Assembly: GCA_965113315.1 (NCBI GenBank)
Contig: OZ220367.1
DNA: 64,000 nucleotides
Direction: 5' to 3' (one strand)
Source of the DNA: Podarcis vaucheri
Lineage: Eukaryota
Below the pieces are notes generated by a model that was not told where the DNA came from, ran no database searches, and saw only the letters and a program-made list of their open reading frames with translations. The translations under genes were made by a program, and so were the position numbers. Positions 25,118 to 38,901 of the stretch are shown here, piece after piece (position 1 is the first letter of the stretch; each line of letters starts with the position of its first letter).

Positions 25118-26334
25118 AAGACTCTCCTAGGTGCTCTATTGGTTTCAGAGTATACTGAAACTTTCCCATTTCTGAATATTATAAATCTGCCTTGGGTAAT
25201 CCATGAGCTTCCAATATAGCAATGTTTATTTAGATAATAAAAATAAGGACTATTATTCAGCAGATTTTCCTGCCTCCTCTCTTCTCTGTCCCCTCCATCA
25301 GGCAGGAGAAAAATAGCTTTGGTTTTTGTTCAGGACAGAGGTTAGAAAGGTTGCAGGGGCCACGTAGCCCTCTCATAGGGGTGTCTTGTCAGGGCGCAGC
25401 ATGAAGGGCACAAACAGATCATAACCTTTAAATGAAAATGCAATGGAGGGGAGAGATGAAAGCATTGAAACAAATTAGATACATCTATAGGGGGTGCTCA
25501 ACTGGAGAAAATTAGCATTTCTTCCTAATTGGAGTGTAGGGCATTCCATTACAGGGATTCATTACCAGGGGGAGAGGGTGCTGGGCCTCTTCACAAAATG
25601 CCTTTAAACAGGAAAAGCCCTCTTCCTGCGATATATATTTACAAATATTTTTAAATGGGTAGAGAACTTGAAGAGGTAGTATTAATCCTTCTATGTTCAT
25701 AGATGTACAGGGACCTAGTGGTTTGAATCTTCTACAAGCATAGAATGAGGTTATTTGTGTATTTCTTAATTTTACCGCCCCATCCTATATGTGCGTGTTG
25801 GTGGCGGTGGCGGGAGGGGGGGCATCCACACTAAAGAACATTTGTGTGATAGGTGATTAGAAAGTAAAAGGCATTTTAAACCTTTAAATTCAGGATGGTT
25901 TTTTTCTGTGCAGGTGCACTGTATGATCAGGGAAATTCCTATGGGCTGTATGTGCTGTAAGGTAGACTGCATTAGCAATGCAAAAAGGAGAACATGAAAA
26001 CATCTAGCAGCTTTGTTCTGGCATCCTCCTGAAAGTTGTATAGCATAGCAAAAGCTTCTGGAAGATGCTATAATTTTTGGCTTCCATTTCTCTGTCATTC
26101 TACTTGCTTTTATTCCCTTTTACCAACTGTCCTGCTGCTGACGCTTACAGAAGCTGTTTATATAGATGCCTAACCTGCAATATAGGTGAGCTTCAGCTAG
26201 TTGAAAGACAGATGTTAGGTTCTGGAAAATCTTACGTACTCCTTGATCCATAACATCAGTGAAAAAAATCAAGTAAACATGCTGTCTTCTGTATCACATT
26301 AGTTTAACAAGAGTACTTGGTGCTGACTTAGTTG

Positions 26335-26552
26335 AGAGCTGGTGCAGCATAGTGGCTAAGTGCCTAAGTTCTAGGCAAGAAGTCCTTGGTTCAAATCTTA
26401 CCACAAGCTGCTAGGTAGCCTTAGCCAAGCCACAATTCTCACTGGTTGTATTTGGCTAATGATATTGCCCCACTATAGAGGTCAGTTGTTTCAGCATAAC
26501 TGAGGGGATACATGTGAAGTGCTCCAAAAACAAAAAAATGCTCTATATAAAT
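26335..26552 (+). mobile_element. Old tRNA-derived MIR/CORE-like SINE
   Basis: A box agcatagtggctaag, B box ggttcaaatc, core ggtagccttagccaagcc, tail tgtgaagtgct...gctctatataaatg. Confidence 0.6.
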
Positions 26553-27452
26553 GTGCTGTCCATTTGAAAAAGAAAAAGAAAAGACAGCTTATGGATTGTA
26601 GTTCAATTCATAAAGTTTTTGTGCTGAAAAACTTTGGCAGAGACTGGAGAAATATAACAAATTGAAAGAGCAGACCAGTGTATTAGAAAAGTTTTTGGAT
26701 CATTGTAGGGTTCTTTCTAGTTCAGGATACAGTTTGGTTACAGGAAGCAGCTTAAAATGAGGCATAGTGTTCTTTGCCCTCTGTGCATTTTTAGGCGGTA
26801 CCTTTACATTATTTTTTTAGGGATTGGGTGTTACGTAGAAATGCTGGTGGTTAGCTTGGTATTCATGCGAAATATGCTGTAGCTTTTTTTGGATTGGGGC
26901 TAATTTATAAACATTGCCCCCTTCCCCACCCCATAAGATGGCAGTGCCTGTATTTGTCCGATTTTCCACCTTTTGAGGGAAAGTTAAATGAGGACTGTTC
27001 CATGGTTGGTGGACACAGACTACTAATTGGAGGGAGAGAGCCCATTTCCTTTAAGGAGTGCAGGCTGCGCAGAGGTGACAGATAGGCTGGAGATTTATTA
27101 GCACATGGTTGGGAGCTTAAAAATCAGCACCAGCAGCTTGTTCCCTTCAGAAAAGAAGGTAGGAACAAGCACCCGTTGCCCCTCCCCTACTCCAGAAAGA
27201 GGAGTGAAAAAAATAAAGGGGGATAATTGGAAGGAGCAGTTTGTTTGAACATAACCACAAGGCTGCCTTTAATTCTTGGTCTCTTGCATTTTGAGACTGA
27301 TTCTGAAATTTCAAAGCGAAGGGCAGTTTTTTGTTGTCACACCTGTTGCTTCCACTGCAGCTTCCCTAAATACAGTCAGTTAGTAGCAGAGGAAAAAGAA
27401 AGCATTTCCCTCCAGTCTTCTGCTGTCATTTGTTTGTGTTTTCTCTACATTG

Positions 27453-28515
27453 ATCATAGAATCATAGAATCATAGAATCATAGAGTTGGAAGAGACCACA
27501 AGGGCCATCGAGTCCAACCCCCTGCCAAGCAGGAAACACCATCAGAGCACTCCTGACATATGGTTGTCAAGCCTCTGCTTAAAGACCTCTAAAGTAGGAG
27601 ACTCCACCACACTCCTTGGCAGCAAATTCCACTGTCGAACAGCTCTTACTGTCAGGAAGTTCTTCCTAATGTTTAGGTGGAATCTTCTTTCTTGTAGTTT
27701 GGATCCATTGCTCCGTGTCCGCTTCTCTGGAGCAGCAGAAAACAACCTTTCTCCCTCCTCTATGTGACATCCTTTTATATATTTGAACATGGCTATCATA
27801 TCACCCCTTAACCTCCTCTTCTGCAGGCTAAACATGCCCAGCTCCCTTAGCCGTTCCTCATAAGGCATCGTTTCCAGGCCTTTGACCATTTTGGTTGCCC
27901 TCCTCTGGACACGTTCCAGTTTGTCAGTGTCCTTCTTGAATTGTGGTGCCCAGAACTGGACACAGTACTCCAGGTGAGGTCTGACCAGAGCAGAATACAG
28001 TGGCACTATTACTTCCCTTGATCTAGATGCTATACTCCTATTGATGCAGCCCAGAATTGCATTGGCTTTTTTAGCTGCCGCGTCACACTGTTGGCTCATG
28101 TCAAGTTTGTGGTCAACCAAGACTCCTAGATCCTTTTCACATGTACTGCTCTCAAGCCAGGTGTCACCCATCTTGTATTTGTGCCTCTCATTTTTTTTTG
28201 CCCAAGTGCAATACTTTACATTTCTCCCTGTTAAAATTCATCTTGTTTGTTTTTGCCCAGTTCTCTAATCTGTCAAGGTCGTTTTGAAGTGTGATCCTGT
28301 CCTCTGGGGTGTTAGCCACCCCTCCCAGTTTGGTGTCATCTGCAAATTTGATCAGGATGCCCTTGAGTCCATCATCCAAGTCGTTGATAAAGATGTTGAA
28401 TAAGACCGGGCCCAAGACAGAACCCTGTGGCACCCCACTAGTCACTCTTCTCCAGGATGAAGAGGAACCATTGATGAGTACCCTTTGGGTTCGGTCAGTC
28501 AGCCAGTTACAAATC
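27453..28515 (-). mobile_element. CR1 LINE, young 5'-truncated copy with nearly intact RT and C-terminus
   Basis: ORFs 28188..28574 and 27542..28171 ([22 protein letters not shown]...[10 protein letters not shown]; [14 protein letters not shown]) separated by one frameshift in a T9 run; (catagaat)n tail. Confidence 0.97.
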
Positions 28516-30959
28516 TGATGTAATAGATTACCTAAATCAGGATTTTGCAGGAAGCATATATCAACACACAGCATTCACAATTGTACATAACAGTAAATCA
28601 GGCTTTCTGTCTTACTTGTATTTCACAAGGAATAAGCAACTTGCCGGTGACACCACTCAGTTGCTCCCAGTCCGCACGTTTCTTGGCGTGAATTGGGAAG
28701 TCCAGGTTTCCCGTTACACCCCAGTGAGGGACTGCGGTTTGTTTCAACCTAACAAGCCACAATCACTAGTCAACCTATGGTTTGTTGTTAGCTTGCTGAC
28801 CATGACTTGTTAGGGAGCAACAAAGAATGATCTATGGTTCAGACATAATGGGAAGCCAAGGCTTCCTGGCTTGTATATCCTGCTTGGACCAGGGCAAGTG
28901 TCACATGGGAACAGAAGGTCTGGCTTATCATTTGTTCAGATGCATTTTGTATCTGTCCATATGATAGAACCTGAATAGGGGAATGATCTAGGTAAAGATA
29001 CAAGCAGAAAATAAGCTGGGAGGTCACATTGTGGGACCTATCTTGAAGCTTGAATATTATTCTGGAAATTATCCAACATCAGTATGCATGGTAGAAAATT
29101 CTCCATTTGTGCAGTGGTGAGCCAGGGTGCTCTGACTAGAGAAGGATTGCTTCAACTGTAATTTCATGGCTGACAAATGACATTCCACTTCCATCTTATG
29201 CATCTGTGTCTCTACATCTCATTGCACGTGTACTGTCTAGACTCTTCCCTTTGATACAGTGATACAATAGTAATTTATCACCTTAGCTAGTGTTATCAAG
29301 CTTCTTTTAGAAGAAAGCATCTTGCTCAATAGCAAACTGCTTAATATGCTGAGAATTTTCAGCTTTTATTTCAATAAGCATTCCTATTGTGTGAGGTTGT
29401 TTTCAGGGTAAAATGAAAAGAGAAAGAATCTTGGTTTAAACTTTACAAATAAAAAGACTTTTTGCCTCTCTGTGTTGGCATTTCTAACTAAATGTTTGTA
29501 TAGTTATAGACAGCAGAGCTGCACTCCCCACACCCTTTAATACCTTTGCTAATGGAGGCTGAAGTAATATTTATTATATGTGACTGTTGGATACTTATAA
29601 TTTTGAGAGTCGCATTAACTTTTTGGGTCTCTTTCTGATTTTATTCCTTCTCTGTTAAAATAGAGCTTTATAGTCACACTTTTCTAATTCTGGAGTACAT
29701 TTACAACTCTGAGTTTCTTTTGAGTGTAGGAAGGCTTTGTGCCTGATTCAAGGCCACTTTATAAATTTAGGGGCTTTTTTAATGCAGAGAATGTGCCAAA
29801 TATATATTTATTTTAAATATTTATATTTTGTTGAAAATGTGTAGAAGAAACTTGTTTATTACAAAGGGAATATTTTTCCTTATAACAAATACACAGATTT
29901 GAAGCTGTTCCATTGCCCAGCTTAGTGGTACTATTGTGCTATGTAGTTTCCATAGCACCAAGTGTTTACTTACATGAAAGCATTCTCCAGTCACAACCAA
30001 GAGTCTGCAAATGCTTGGTCAATTGTATGAGAAATTATTATACATTGCCTTATTTTGCTTGTGTTTGTGCGTTATTTACATATATACATACATAGAATCA
30101 TATTCACCCTTTTCTCTGACAGGGCATGAGGTGCACCTCAACAAAATGCATATTCTAGAAGCTGACAGAAAACCAGATTAGATTGTTCTTTCCACTTCCA
30201 AAGCCAGTTCATGTGCTCAAACAAGTGCCTGGTTTGATCCTTTCACAACATAGTACAGGCAACTCCTGATTCGCGAGGGGGTTGCTTTGCAGATCATCAC
30301 GCATGGTGGTAGAGCATGCATAAACCCACTATGCCCCAGTTCCACCCCTTTTTCCGGCCATTTCCAGGTTGCTGAGATGCTCACATGCATGGTTGCACAC
30401 TTATCAAACACGCATAAATCGGTCGTTGCCTGTATCAAAATGAACTTGAGAGTGGGAAGTTGGTTTGCTTTTTTTGAAAAGTGCCATCTGTGAAAGTATG
30501 TGGGCAACTTACACACCAAAGAAAGTGCTCTTAATTATTATTACTCTTTTATCCATGTTGACTTGCAACTAGAAAGTGTTTTTCAAGCTTGGTTCCTTTG
30601 CTGCAGCCCTAGTAGTACTTCATCCTAAATGCAGCCTTGGAAGGACCAGGTAATTAACACATCATAGGTGATCAGACATCCCAGCACAGGCCAACTTTCT
30701 TCCCTTTTAATCTGCTTTTGAGGGGAGGAGGGTCTGGAGCTTAGTATAAAAGCCAGAAGAAGATTGGCTTTCTGTGCTGGTACCTGTGCTTTGGTCTTTG
30801 CAGAGAGACCTTTCTGGGTAGAGGTGCCTCTGCACTCCCCTCTCCTCCTCAACAGGTTGGACCCCCAAGAAGCTTTTGTCTGCATACTGCATGCATGTCT
30901 GGGCCTGCCATTCCCACATGGGCCACCCTCCCTTGGCAAAGTCCCTCCATTCAGTGATG

Positions 30960-31580
30960 GTGGCTAAAAGAACCTTGGCTAATTATGCTGGACTGAAAAT
31001 TACCACTTTGCCCTGCGCTCCTGCTGCTGGGACTATTTGTTCAGGGGCTGTATTTAGTGGGAACAAAGCTCCCCTGCAGAGTGTCCAGCCCCAAGTATGA
31101 AGCTACAGGTAGAAGCTTTAAAATAAAGGGGGTAATTACCAATGTCTCCAGGTGAAAGCCCACTAAACTTCAATAGCCCGATATAGCCTTGGGGGAAGAG
31201 GGGAGAATCCCTCCTCCTCAAATAAACGATTCCTGCCAGGCAATTAAGGGAAAATAATGTCACCCAGTGGAAGGGGGGGGAGTGAACTGCTGCTTAGAAA
31301 TTGTGGCTTTTTTCTTGCGCTTGTTTGTCATTGGGTGGGGAAATAAAATGCCTTCCTTGAGGAGGGAGGGAGGATTCCCACAAATATATCCCAACCTCCC
31401 TGCTTGTTAAGTGGTTTGAATGTACCTAGTGGGGAGCAAGAGAGGGAGGGAGAGTGAGAACAAATAAGTCACAAAAAGGAATCGCTGGAGCTTTACACCT
31501 GAGCAAGCTTTGAAAAATTCAACAATGCCATTCACTGCCTCTTGTAAGGTGCTTTACATGAGGACCCATCTGATCAGTTG
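30960..31580. promoter_or_regulatory. Candidate conserved non-coding element/enhancer
   Basis: TAATTA twice, CAATTA, and adjacent TCF (31508) and Sox (31521) sites. Confidence 0.45.
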
Positions 31581-32259
31581 AACAGAAATTGTGTTCTTTG
31601 TCCACAGTACTGTGGAAGCCTTAGAAAACCCACATTTCCCTCTACTGTCCTGTCTCTGAGTAGCTGCTGGAACTGCTGTGCATATATGTGGAAGGATTTT
31701 CTGTGGCAGACGCATTAAGCCCTACCTAAAGGCCAGAAGGTGACATGTTGGGAACCAAGGGGTTCCTCGTCTATGCAGTTGGCAATTGAGCAGAGAACAT
31801 AGCAAGTCCTCCCTGTTTTGTCCAGGTAATTCCATCCTGAAAATGTTCCATACAAATCTTGTATGGGAGTTGCTATTCTTCATAACCCACGTTCTAGGAA
31901 ACTAATGACAGCACAACTTTATAATTACAAGTACAACAAAAATTCCACTCTTAATGTAGATAGGAATGCTAGCAGACAGAGAAGCAAGAACAGCACTTTG
32001 GAACATAATAGAAGAGCTTGAATTTTCCATGAGATCACAGAAGGTACCGACCTATTAATTTGTTTGTTTGTATTTATACCCTACATACTAACAAAAGTTT
32101 TTGAGGCAACTTACAATAAGCTTAAAATACAATAAAATGGACAGTGATGCCCTAACAGGGCAAAAATGTATATAAGTCTCCCCTCCATTTGTTTTCTGGT
32201 GTTCCAACAAATGCTGTTCTGCAGTTGAATCTCCTAGCAGTTGAAGCAGCTGGATATTA

Positions 32260-32620
32260 AAGGTAAAGGTACCCCTGCCCGTACGGGCCAGTCTTGACAG
32301 ACTCTAGGGTTGTGCGCTCATCTCACTCTAGAGGCCGGGAGCCAGCGCTGTCCGCAGACACTTCCGGGTCACGTGGCCAGCGTGACGTAGCTGCTCTTGC
32401 GAGCCAGCACCAGAGCAGCACACGGAACGCCGTTTACCTTCCCGCTATAAAGCGGTACCTATTTATCTACTTGCACTTAAGGGTGCTTTCAAACTGCTAG
32501 GTGGGCAGGAGCTGGGACCGAACGACGGGAACTCACCCCGCCACAGGGATTCGAACCGCCGACCATGCGACCGGCAACTCCTAGGCGCTGAGGTTTTACC
32601 CACAGCGCCACCCGCGTCCC
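32260..32620 (-). mobile_element. Sauria SINE, full length, second subfamily
   Basis: aaggtaaaggta tail and tRNA-like head; TSD agctggatatta (32248-32259) / agctagatatta (32621-32632). Confidence 0.92.
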
Positions 32621-33002
32621 AGCTAGATATTAGTCCCACATAAACAAGGATGTCCTTACTAGGTGGCTACTGCTGGTGTCTCTCACAGCCTCAGCCCTAG
32701 CCGCAGATACAGGAGATGTTGGGTGGAGCAAAAATGTAACATACGTTCCTCCCAGTTCTCAGATATTCCCATTTAGTTAAAAAAACACACACAAAAACTT
32801 GGCCAGTCACTTAAGGAGAATTCTACCACTGATTTCCCTACCGAGACCAGTCTTTAACATACTTACTTTCTGATTTGTTTTGAGTGATATGCAAACTCTT
32901 CTGGGTACATGCCAACATCTATTTCTTCATATGAATATAACTCTGATCATAGCTCAGCAGCTTTATGATCTATAATAGCTGTCTTTGAATGTTAGGCTGA
33001 AC

Positions 33003-33125
33003 CAGGGACTGGGGAATCTGTGGCTCTTCGATAATGTTGACTGTATGACCATTGGCTAAGATGGCTAGGGCTGATAGGAGTTAGTGTCTAACAAAATCTG
33101 AAGGGCCACAGGTCTCCCATCCCTG
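33003..33125. mobile_element. Degenerate hAT-type MITE; further copies near 35585-35712, 36802-36938 and 53231-53368
   Basis: cagggactggggaatctgtggc...gccacaggtctcccatccctg inverted ends. Confidence 0.7.
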
Positions 33126-36100
33126 CCCTTAAACCATAGATTACAGTTACATGGCTGAGCCTTAGGGTGATGCACCTCCTCTGCTGCAGTGTGGCCACGA
33201 GGAGGTGATCAGAAGCATATACTTCTGTTTTGAACTAATCACAGCTTGTCATCTAGTCCAGAACAAACTGTGATCAGTTTTCACCAAACAAACCAAGATC
33301 AAGCTGTCGTTTCTGATCCTGGTTTGTTTATAATAAGCATAGCTAGAATTAACTGCAGCTCCCAGTTTGAGCGAAAGGACAAGCAGTAGTTAGTTTAAAA
33401 TGAAAATGGAGGCTTCTGATCTCCATTTAGTGGATTTAGTGTCTAACCCAAGTCAGATCTCAAAATATGTGACTCATCAGGATGTAGATTACAGTTTCAA
33501 ACTGATTTGTAGAGCACTATTTGAGCCAACTATGGCTTGCTGTTGTGTATGAATTCACAGACCGTTGGCAGACCACAGTTAGGGCCATTACTTTGCCTCA
33601 AGAGACTGTCACATCATAGATATAGGAGTAAATTTATGAAGCTGAATGCTCAGCAGATGGGAAACAAAAAGGCTAATCAAAACCTCTGTTTGCCTCTTGT
33701 AAGTCTGGAAGCTTAAACTATGACGTGGGTTCTTAATTAAGGTTAGAAGAAGCCTTGGTTTTGTAGTACTTCTGAATTTAGTCAATGTCTTCAGCATTAA
33801 TACTTTAATCTTGGACCTAGAATCAAGTTGTGTGGGTATGTGTTGAAAAAGAGGCCATGGCCCGTTTTTGTATTCTCAAGTTTAAATGTGAGAGTACTGT
33901 GTAGTTTAATGTGATTTACTGTTCTAGCAATTGAAATAAGGGTTCCCCGCCACAGCCTATAATTCCTTTATCTATTATTTTTTTGAAGTAATAAACTCAG
34001 CAGGCATTTTCTCAGTGAAAGCCAAGGCAGTATTTAAGGGATGTCTATATGCAGCTGACTTTGTATGGCCAATTTGTCCTGGTTTTCTGCCCCATTTGTG
34101 TCATTTCACTGCATAGCATTCATACTTGGTATCAAAACTGAATCCTTGAATCTTCAATACACCAAGTAAAAGCTAAGTCTCATGATAGTTTCCTCACCAC
34201 TCACTCACTCATTCATTATAATTTTGGTTTAAATATTTTTCTTTAGTTAGCGGTAGGTCAAATTCATTTGCACAGTAAACCACCTACAGTTTCTGAATAG
34301 CTTATGACTTAAGTAAAAGCTCTGTAACCGATATGACTCTAGAATGTGGTGATCTAAAATTACAGTATTTATATGAAATACCTCAGCAGCCCAGCCCCTA
34401 TCAGAATTTAAACCTAGTTGGACTGTGAACAGTAAAGCAACCATATGGAAATACACTGGCTTGGTTAAAATATAACACTAAACCATGGTTTAAGGCTATA
34501 TGAATGAGCCTTATGCTACACCTTCTCTTGTCTCCTTGTATTCTCTGCTTTCCTTCTGATTTAGCAGCAAACCATAGTTTGCCATTACACCCAAATTAGG
34601 CAAAACACTATTGTGAACCCAGTTCAAATCTTGCATGCAATTCCAGTGTGCAGACAAATTATAGTTTTCTCTGTTCAATAAACTATGGTTTATCAAGGTA
34701 TGTGAGAATTAACCGGACGCAGGAGTAAGGGAAGGAGGGAGCTTATGAGTTCATTAATGTTATATCAAATCATGACATTGTGGTGAACTGATGCTACCTA
34801 GGCCTTGCAATCAACCCCTCCCCCCCACAGCTGACATAATATTAGCAACTGGATACATTGGGCTTTCCAAAGCTATCCTAAACTATCTGTTTTTGCGGTT
34901 GTGCTGGAGGTACTGATCTTAAAAGGACTGCTTCAGAACAATAAGCAGTAATGATAGATTTAGTTGTAACAATGTCATATATGTTCAAGATAATATGCAT
35001 CCTGTTTCACTTTTCCACGGAATGCCCAGATGCAGCATGCATGCAAATGTTGGATGGAAATGATAATGGTACAGCCTGGACCCACCAGCCACAGGCAAAC
35101 AAGAAACAGCATAATAGCCAGAGAACTGCTGAATATGAATTAAATGTTTAAGTATCCCCAATGTGCTCACCTGTTTCTGCTTTACAAAGCAGGGCACAGT
35201 CTGGCTTCCTACATTTTGTATCAGACTAGTGGGTGGGGTGGGAAAAGATTCCTTCAATACAGAGAACTGCTGCAGACATTTTAGTGACATCAAATGACTG
35301 ACTTTGTGCTGCAATTCATACCCAGCAAGCAGTTGTGACATACTGGAAATCTATAACTTGCTGGATTTTAAAAACTTTTATATTTAAATTTGGGATCTGG
35401 GACCTGCCTCTGGATTTTAAAGTCGATTGCCATCATTTCTATTCAATTATACTGCCTCTCAAAAATCAAACTCTGACATTTATAATTCTCACAAAATATA
35501 ATGGCCTGCAAAAACAAAACACTCTGTGTTGAAAGGCATCACAAGCTGCCCACCATTGGACTTATAGAAATAGTCAGGTAATAGGCAGAAATGGAGAATT
35601 TGTGATCCTTCAAATGTTGTTCCATCATCCCTGCTTGTTGACCATCCTAACTACTTTGGCTGATAGGAGTTGGAGTCAGACAACATCTGGATGGCCACAA
35701 GTTGCCATTCTTGCTGTATGCTTAATACTTGATTTTCTTAACCTGGTGAAATAGGTGGCTCTAATCCATTTAGTCTGGAGGCCTGGAATGGGCTGAATAA
35801 ATGTTTTGAACTCCTATAAACCAGGTTGCGTTTTTAGGTCCTTGGGCAATTGGACTTCTGGGATTTATCCCCCAGCCCTGCTGTAAAAGATTTGGGTTGA
35901 GCAAATTTTCATACACAAAAGCAGTATGTTTGCCAGAGACTGAAGATGGTGCTTTTCATCCATAAACCAGACTTGGAACAGTGACGCAACTGGCCCTAGC
36001 CTTCAACCCAGCCTTCACTGTGAGCCATCTTTGTTCAAATCTCGTGTCCAGAATTATGGCTTTCCCCAGAACTCACAATGCTTTCCTTGGTGTGAAATGC

Positions 36101-37424
36101 AATCACCCACTTCCCAGGGGCCAATTTTCCAACCAGGGTGGGAAACGGCGCACACATGAATTATTGGTATCTTCCTGTGCTTCTGTCGTTAGTGGTCCCT
36201 ACCATTTCCTCCTTTGGTGCTGGTGGGGGAATACTGTAAATCCTGGAAATATACACATCTCCTTGCTCAAAATTTGTTCTCTCTGCACATCAAATGTCTC
36301 CATTGCAGGACCTGAAGGGACCAGGCGAAGTTGTTCTGTAGCTCTTCTGTTTACAATTTATGATGCATACCCAGAGAGCCATTCACTCTCAGGCTGGCGG
36401 AGATCTATGAAAATAGCATCATAGTGCATATATCTGTGTATGTAAAGATTTTTTGAGCAGTGGCTAATATGCTAATTGCCCATAACTCTGCTAATATGAT
36501 GGACTTTCCTATTCGCTTCTACTTTTTGGTAATAAATTAGCATTAAATACTTGGCAGGTATATTTTAAAGAGTTTGATTGGCTTCTCTACAAGTAGGAAC
36601 GGTTGTTTGGTATTTGGGGCCACCAGCAAAGCCAGGGAAGAGGCAGGGTTGCAGAGAAGGCAAAGGACAGTACTGTAGCTGTTGAGACTTAGGCAGGGCA
36701 GCAAGGAGGAAAGACCAGGTAGAGCTAGAACAACATGGATACAGAGCTGGGGTAGTAATAAGATTAATGTATCACATTTGTATCTTGTCCTTTCTCTTAA
36801 CCAGGGCTGGGGAATTTGTGGGTCTCCAGATATTGCTGGGCTCCAGCTTCCTTCATCCCTAGCCAGCATGGCCCGTGTTTAGGAATGATGGCAGTTGGAG
36901 TCCAACCACATCAGAAAGGCCACAGGCTCCCCATCATGATTCTAAGGAATTCATAGTGGTGTTTTAGACTCACAACAAAGTTCATCCCTGTAATGGATGC
37001 CTTTGCAAGCTACAGATTGGATCGTTGTTAAAATGCAGAATTCTAGACTGCTATTGAAGACAACTCAAAAGATCCTGCTGGTTCAGAATGGAGCAGTGTG
37101 GCTATTAACTGGCACTGGTTGCTTGGGCATTTTATGTTGATGTTAAGTGGTGCTTGCAGAGGCATTATCTTAAAAGATTCAGGGCACAAGCCCATGGTAC
37201 AATTTTTGCATAAAATATGCATATGCACTTATATTTATATATGTAAATTTGGGAATTTGAGCAAATTACAATTGTGGGTCATTAGGGCATCACCAGCATT
37301 ATGCTTTGCAGCTTGTCTAGCAGTTCTGGAAGCAACGTAAAATGAAAATCTTAAGGTTTTTTTTATTTTTTAAAAAACCCACTGCTCAAACCTCCTGAGC
37401 CACCCCCTAACAAAGCATCAGTGG

Positions 37425-37680
37425 CATTGATACTTAAAGCCCTAAGTGGTCTGGGTCCAGGCTAACTAAGAAGGTTGTCTTCTCCTTTATGCACCTCCCT
37501 GCACATCAATATCTCCAGGTACTTTCCTTCCCAGAAACCAGGTTGATGTTTAGTAGGGACAGTGTCTTCTTGGTGGTAGTACCTCTTTTTTGGAATGGTA
37601 TTCCATCTCAAGCCCAAAAACCGAGCCCCTTCCTGGCATTATAAAAGCAAGCTAATATTTTATTTTACAATTCTTTAGGG
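37425..37680 (+). mobile_element. L2-like LINE 3' fragment
   Basis: aaagccctaagtggtctgggtccaggcta...tggaatgg motifs. Confidence 0.55.
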
Positions 37681-38374
37681 GGATGGTGTCACTTGCTTTC
37701 ATCTGTGCTGTTCGTTTTGATACATTAATTTTATTTATTTGTTTTACATATTGTATTTTAAATATACTATGCTTTTAGGCACTAAGCTGCACAGAAATGG
37801 ATTGAACGTGCAGAACAATGTAATGAGACAGATTTGAGAGCTGGAAAAATAAGCCATGTGGTAAGTTCATCTACAATCTGCTGATCAAGCAAATATAAAA
37901 TGATGCGTCAAAGCTTTTGCAGGCAGAATTCAGTGATCATCAAAGGGCTCTATATTCAGAAATAAAATAATGGATAAAGAATCAACATGTAGGGATTTAA
38001 AGTTGGATGAACTTGGATTCCAAAGGACTTTTTTAATGGGGGAAGGCAGTTTAGAGAGTTGGATTCTGTACACTTTCTGGTTTGCAAAATTTAAACCAAG
38101 CACTTTTCCATATGGGTTTAATTCAGGAACTGAGAGTCTAATTTCAGTATTTCAAATAGCCCTAATCCAGTGTGTGTGGTGCTTCAGATAAAGCTGGTCG
38201 CTACTATTTCCCAATGGTTGGCAGGGACCAGTATGAACTGTATAATCATGGTGCACTCACCACAATGAGATGTCCTGGAGAAAAAAGTTGATCACTTCTG
38301 CCTAAGGTACCCCCTCATCCTGCCAACTGTGTCCTATAGGAAGCTGCTGTTCTGGTGAGTCTTGGTTCCTGATT

Positions 38375-38556
38375 TATAAGAAGCTCATACCAGGTGAAAT
38401 TATTTGTTCAACTAGCCCAGTATTACTCCCAAAAGCAGTGTTTCTTTGCGGTCTAAGGCAGAGGGCTTTCTCATCACCTGCTGCCTTATCCTTATAAATG
38501 AAGACACCCGAGTTTGAGCCTGGGACCTTCTTTATGCAAAGTGTGTGCTCTCCATA
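38375..38556 (-). mobile_element. Old tRNA-derived SINE
   Basis: tttgagcctgggaccttctttatgcaaagtgtgtgctctcca is an antisense tRNA-like head with B box. Confidence 0.5.
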
Positions 38557-38901
38557 TGCACTGCAGGATTGCTTTAAACCCACTGCTCCTGCTCAAAAAC
38601 ACTCCCATGTACAAATGCTCCGTGGAGACTTTTCACATTTCAAAGGTGATTGCTTTGTGAAATTGTTAAAATATGTACAGAGTTGGATGTCGCTACTGGA
38701 TCTGTTGGGGAAGCACGTCTGCAAGTGCCACATGCCTATATACTCGGTATGGTGTGGCACATCAGGACCTGAGATTCAGCGTGTGGTGACATGGCAGAGG
38801 GCATTTCCACTACAAGCATCCTGCTTATGGAATTCCCTCCCTTTCCAAATAAGGCCGGTTTCTTACTATTGTGAATTTTTGGTGCCACCTAAAGACCTAC
38901 T

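Noticed and set aside
27542-28574. Long RT-like ORFs as a host gene
   Set aside because: 5'-truncated CR1 ORF2 with a CR1 tail, not a cellular gene.
35981-36424. 147-aa ORF (also the 152-aa ORF at 38498..38956)
   Set aside because: No recognisable motifs; the second spans SINE and L2 debris.
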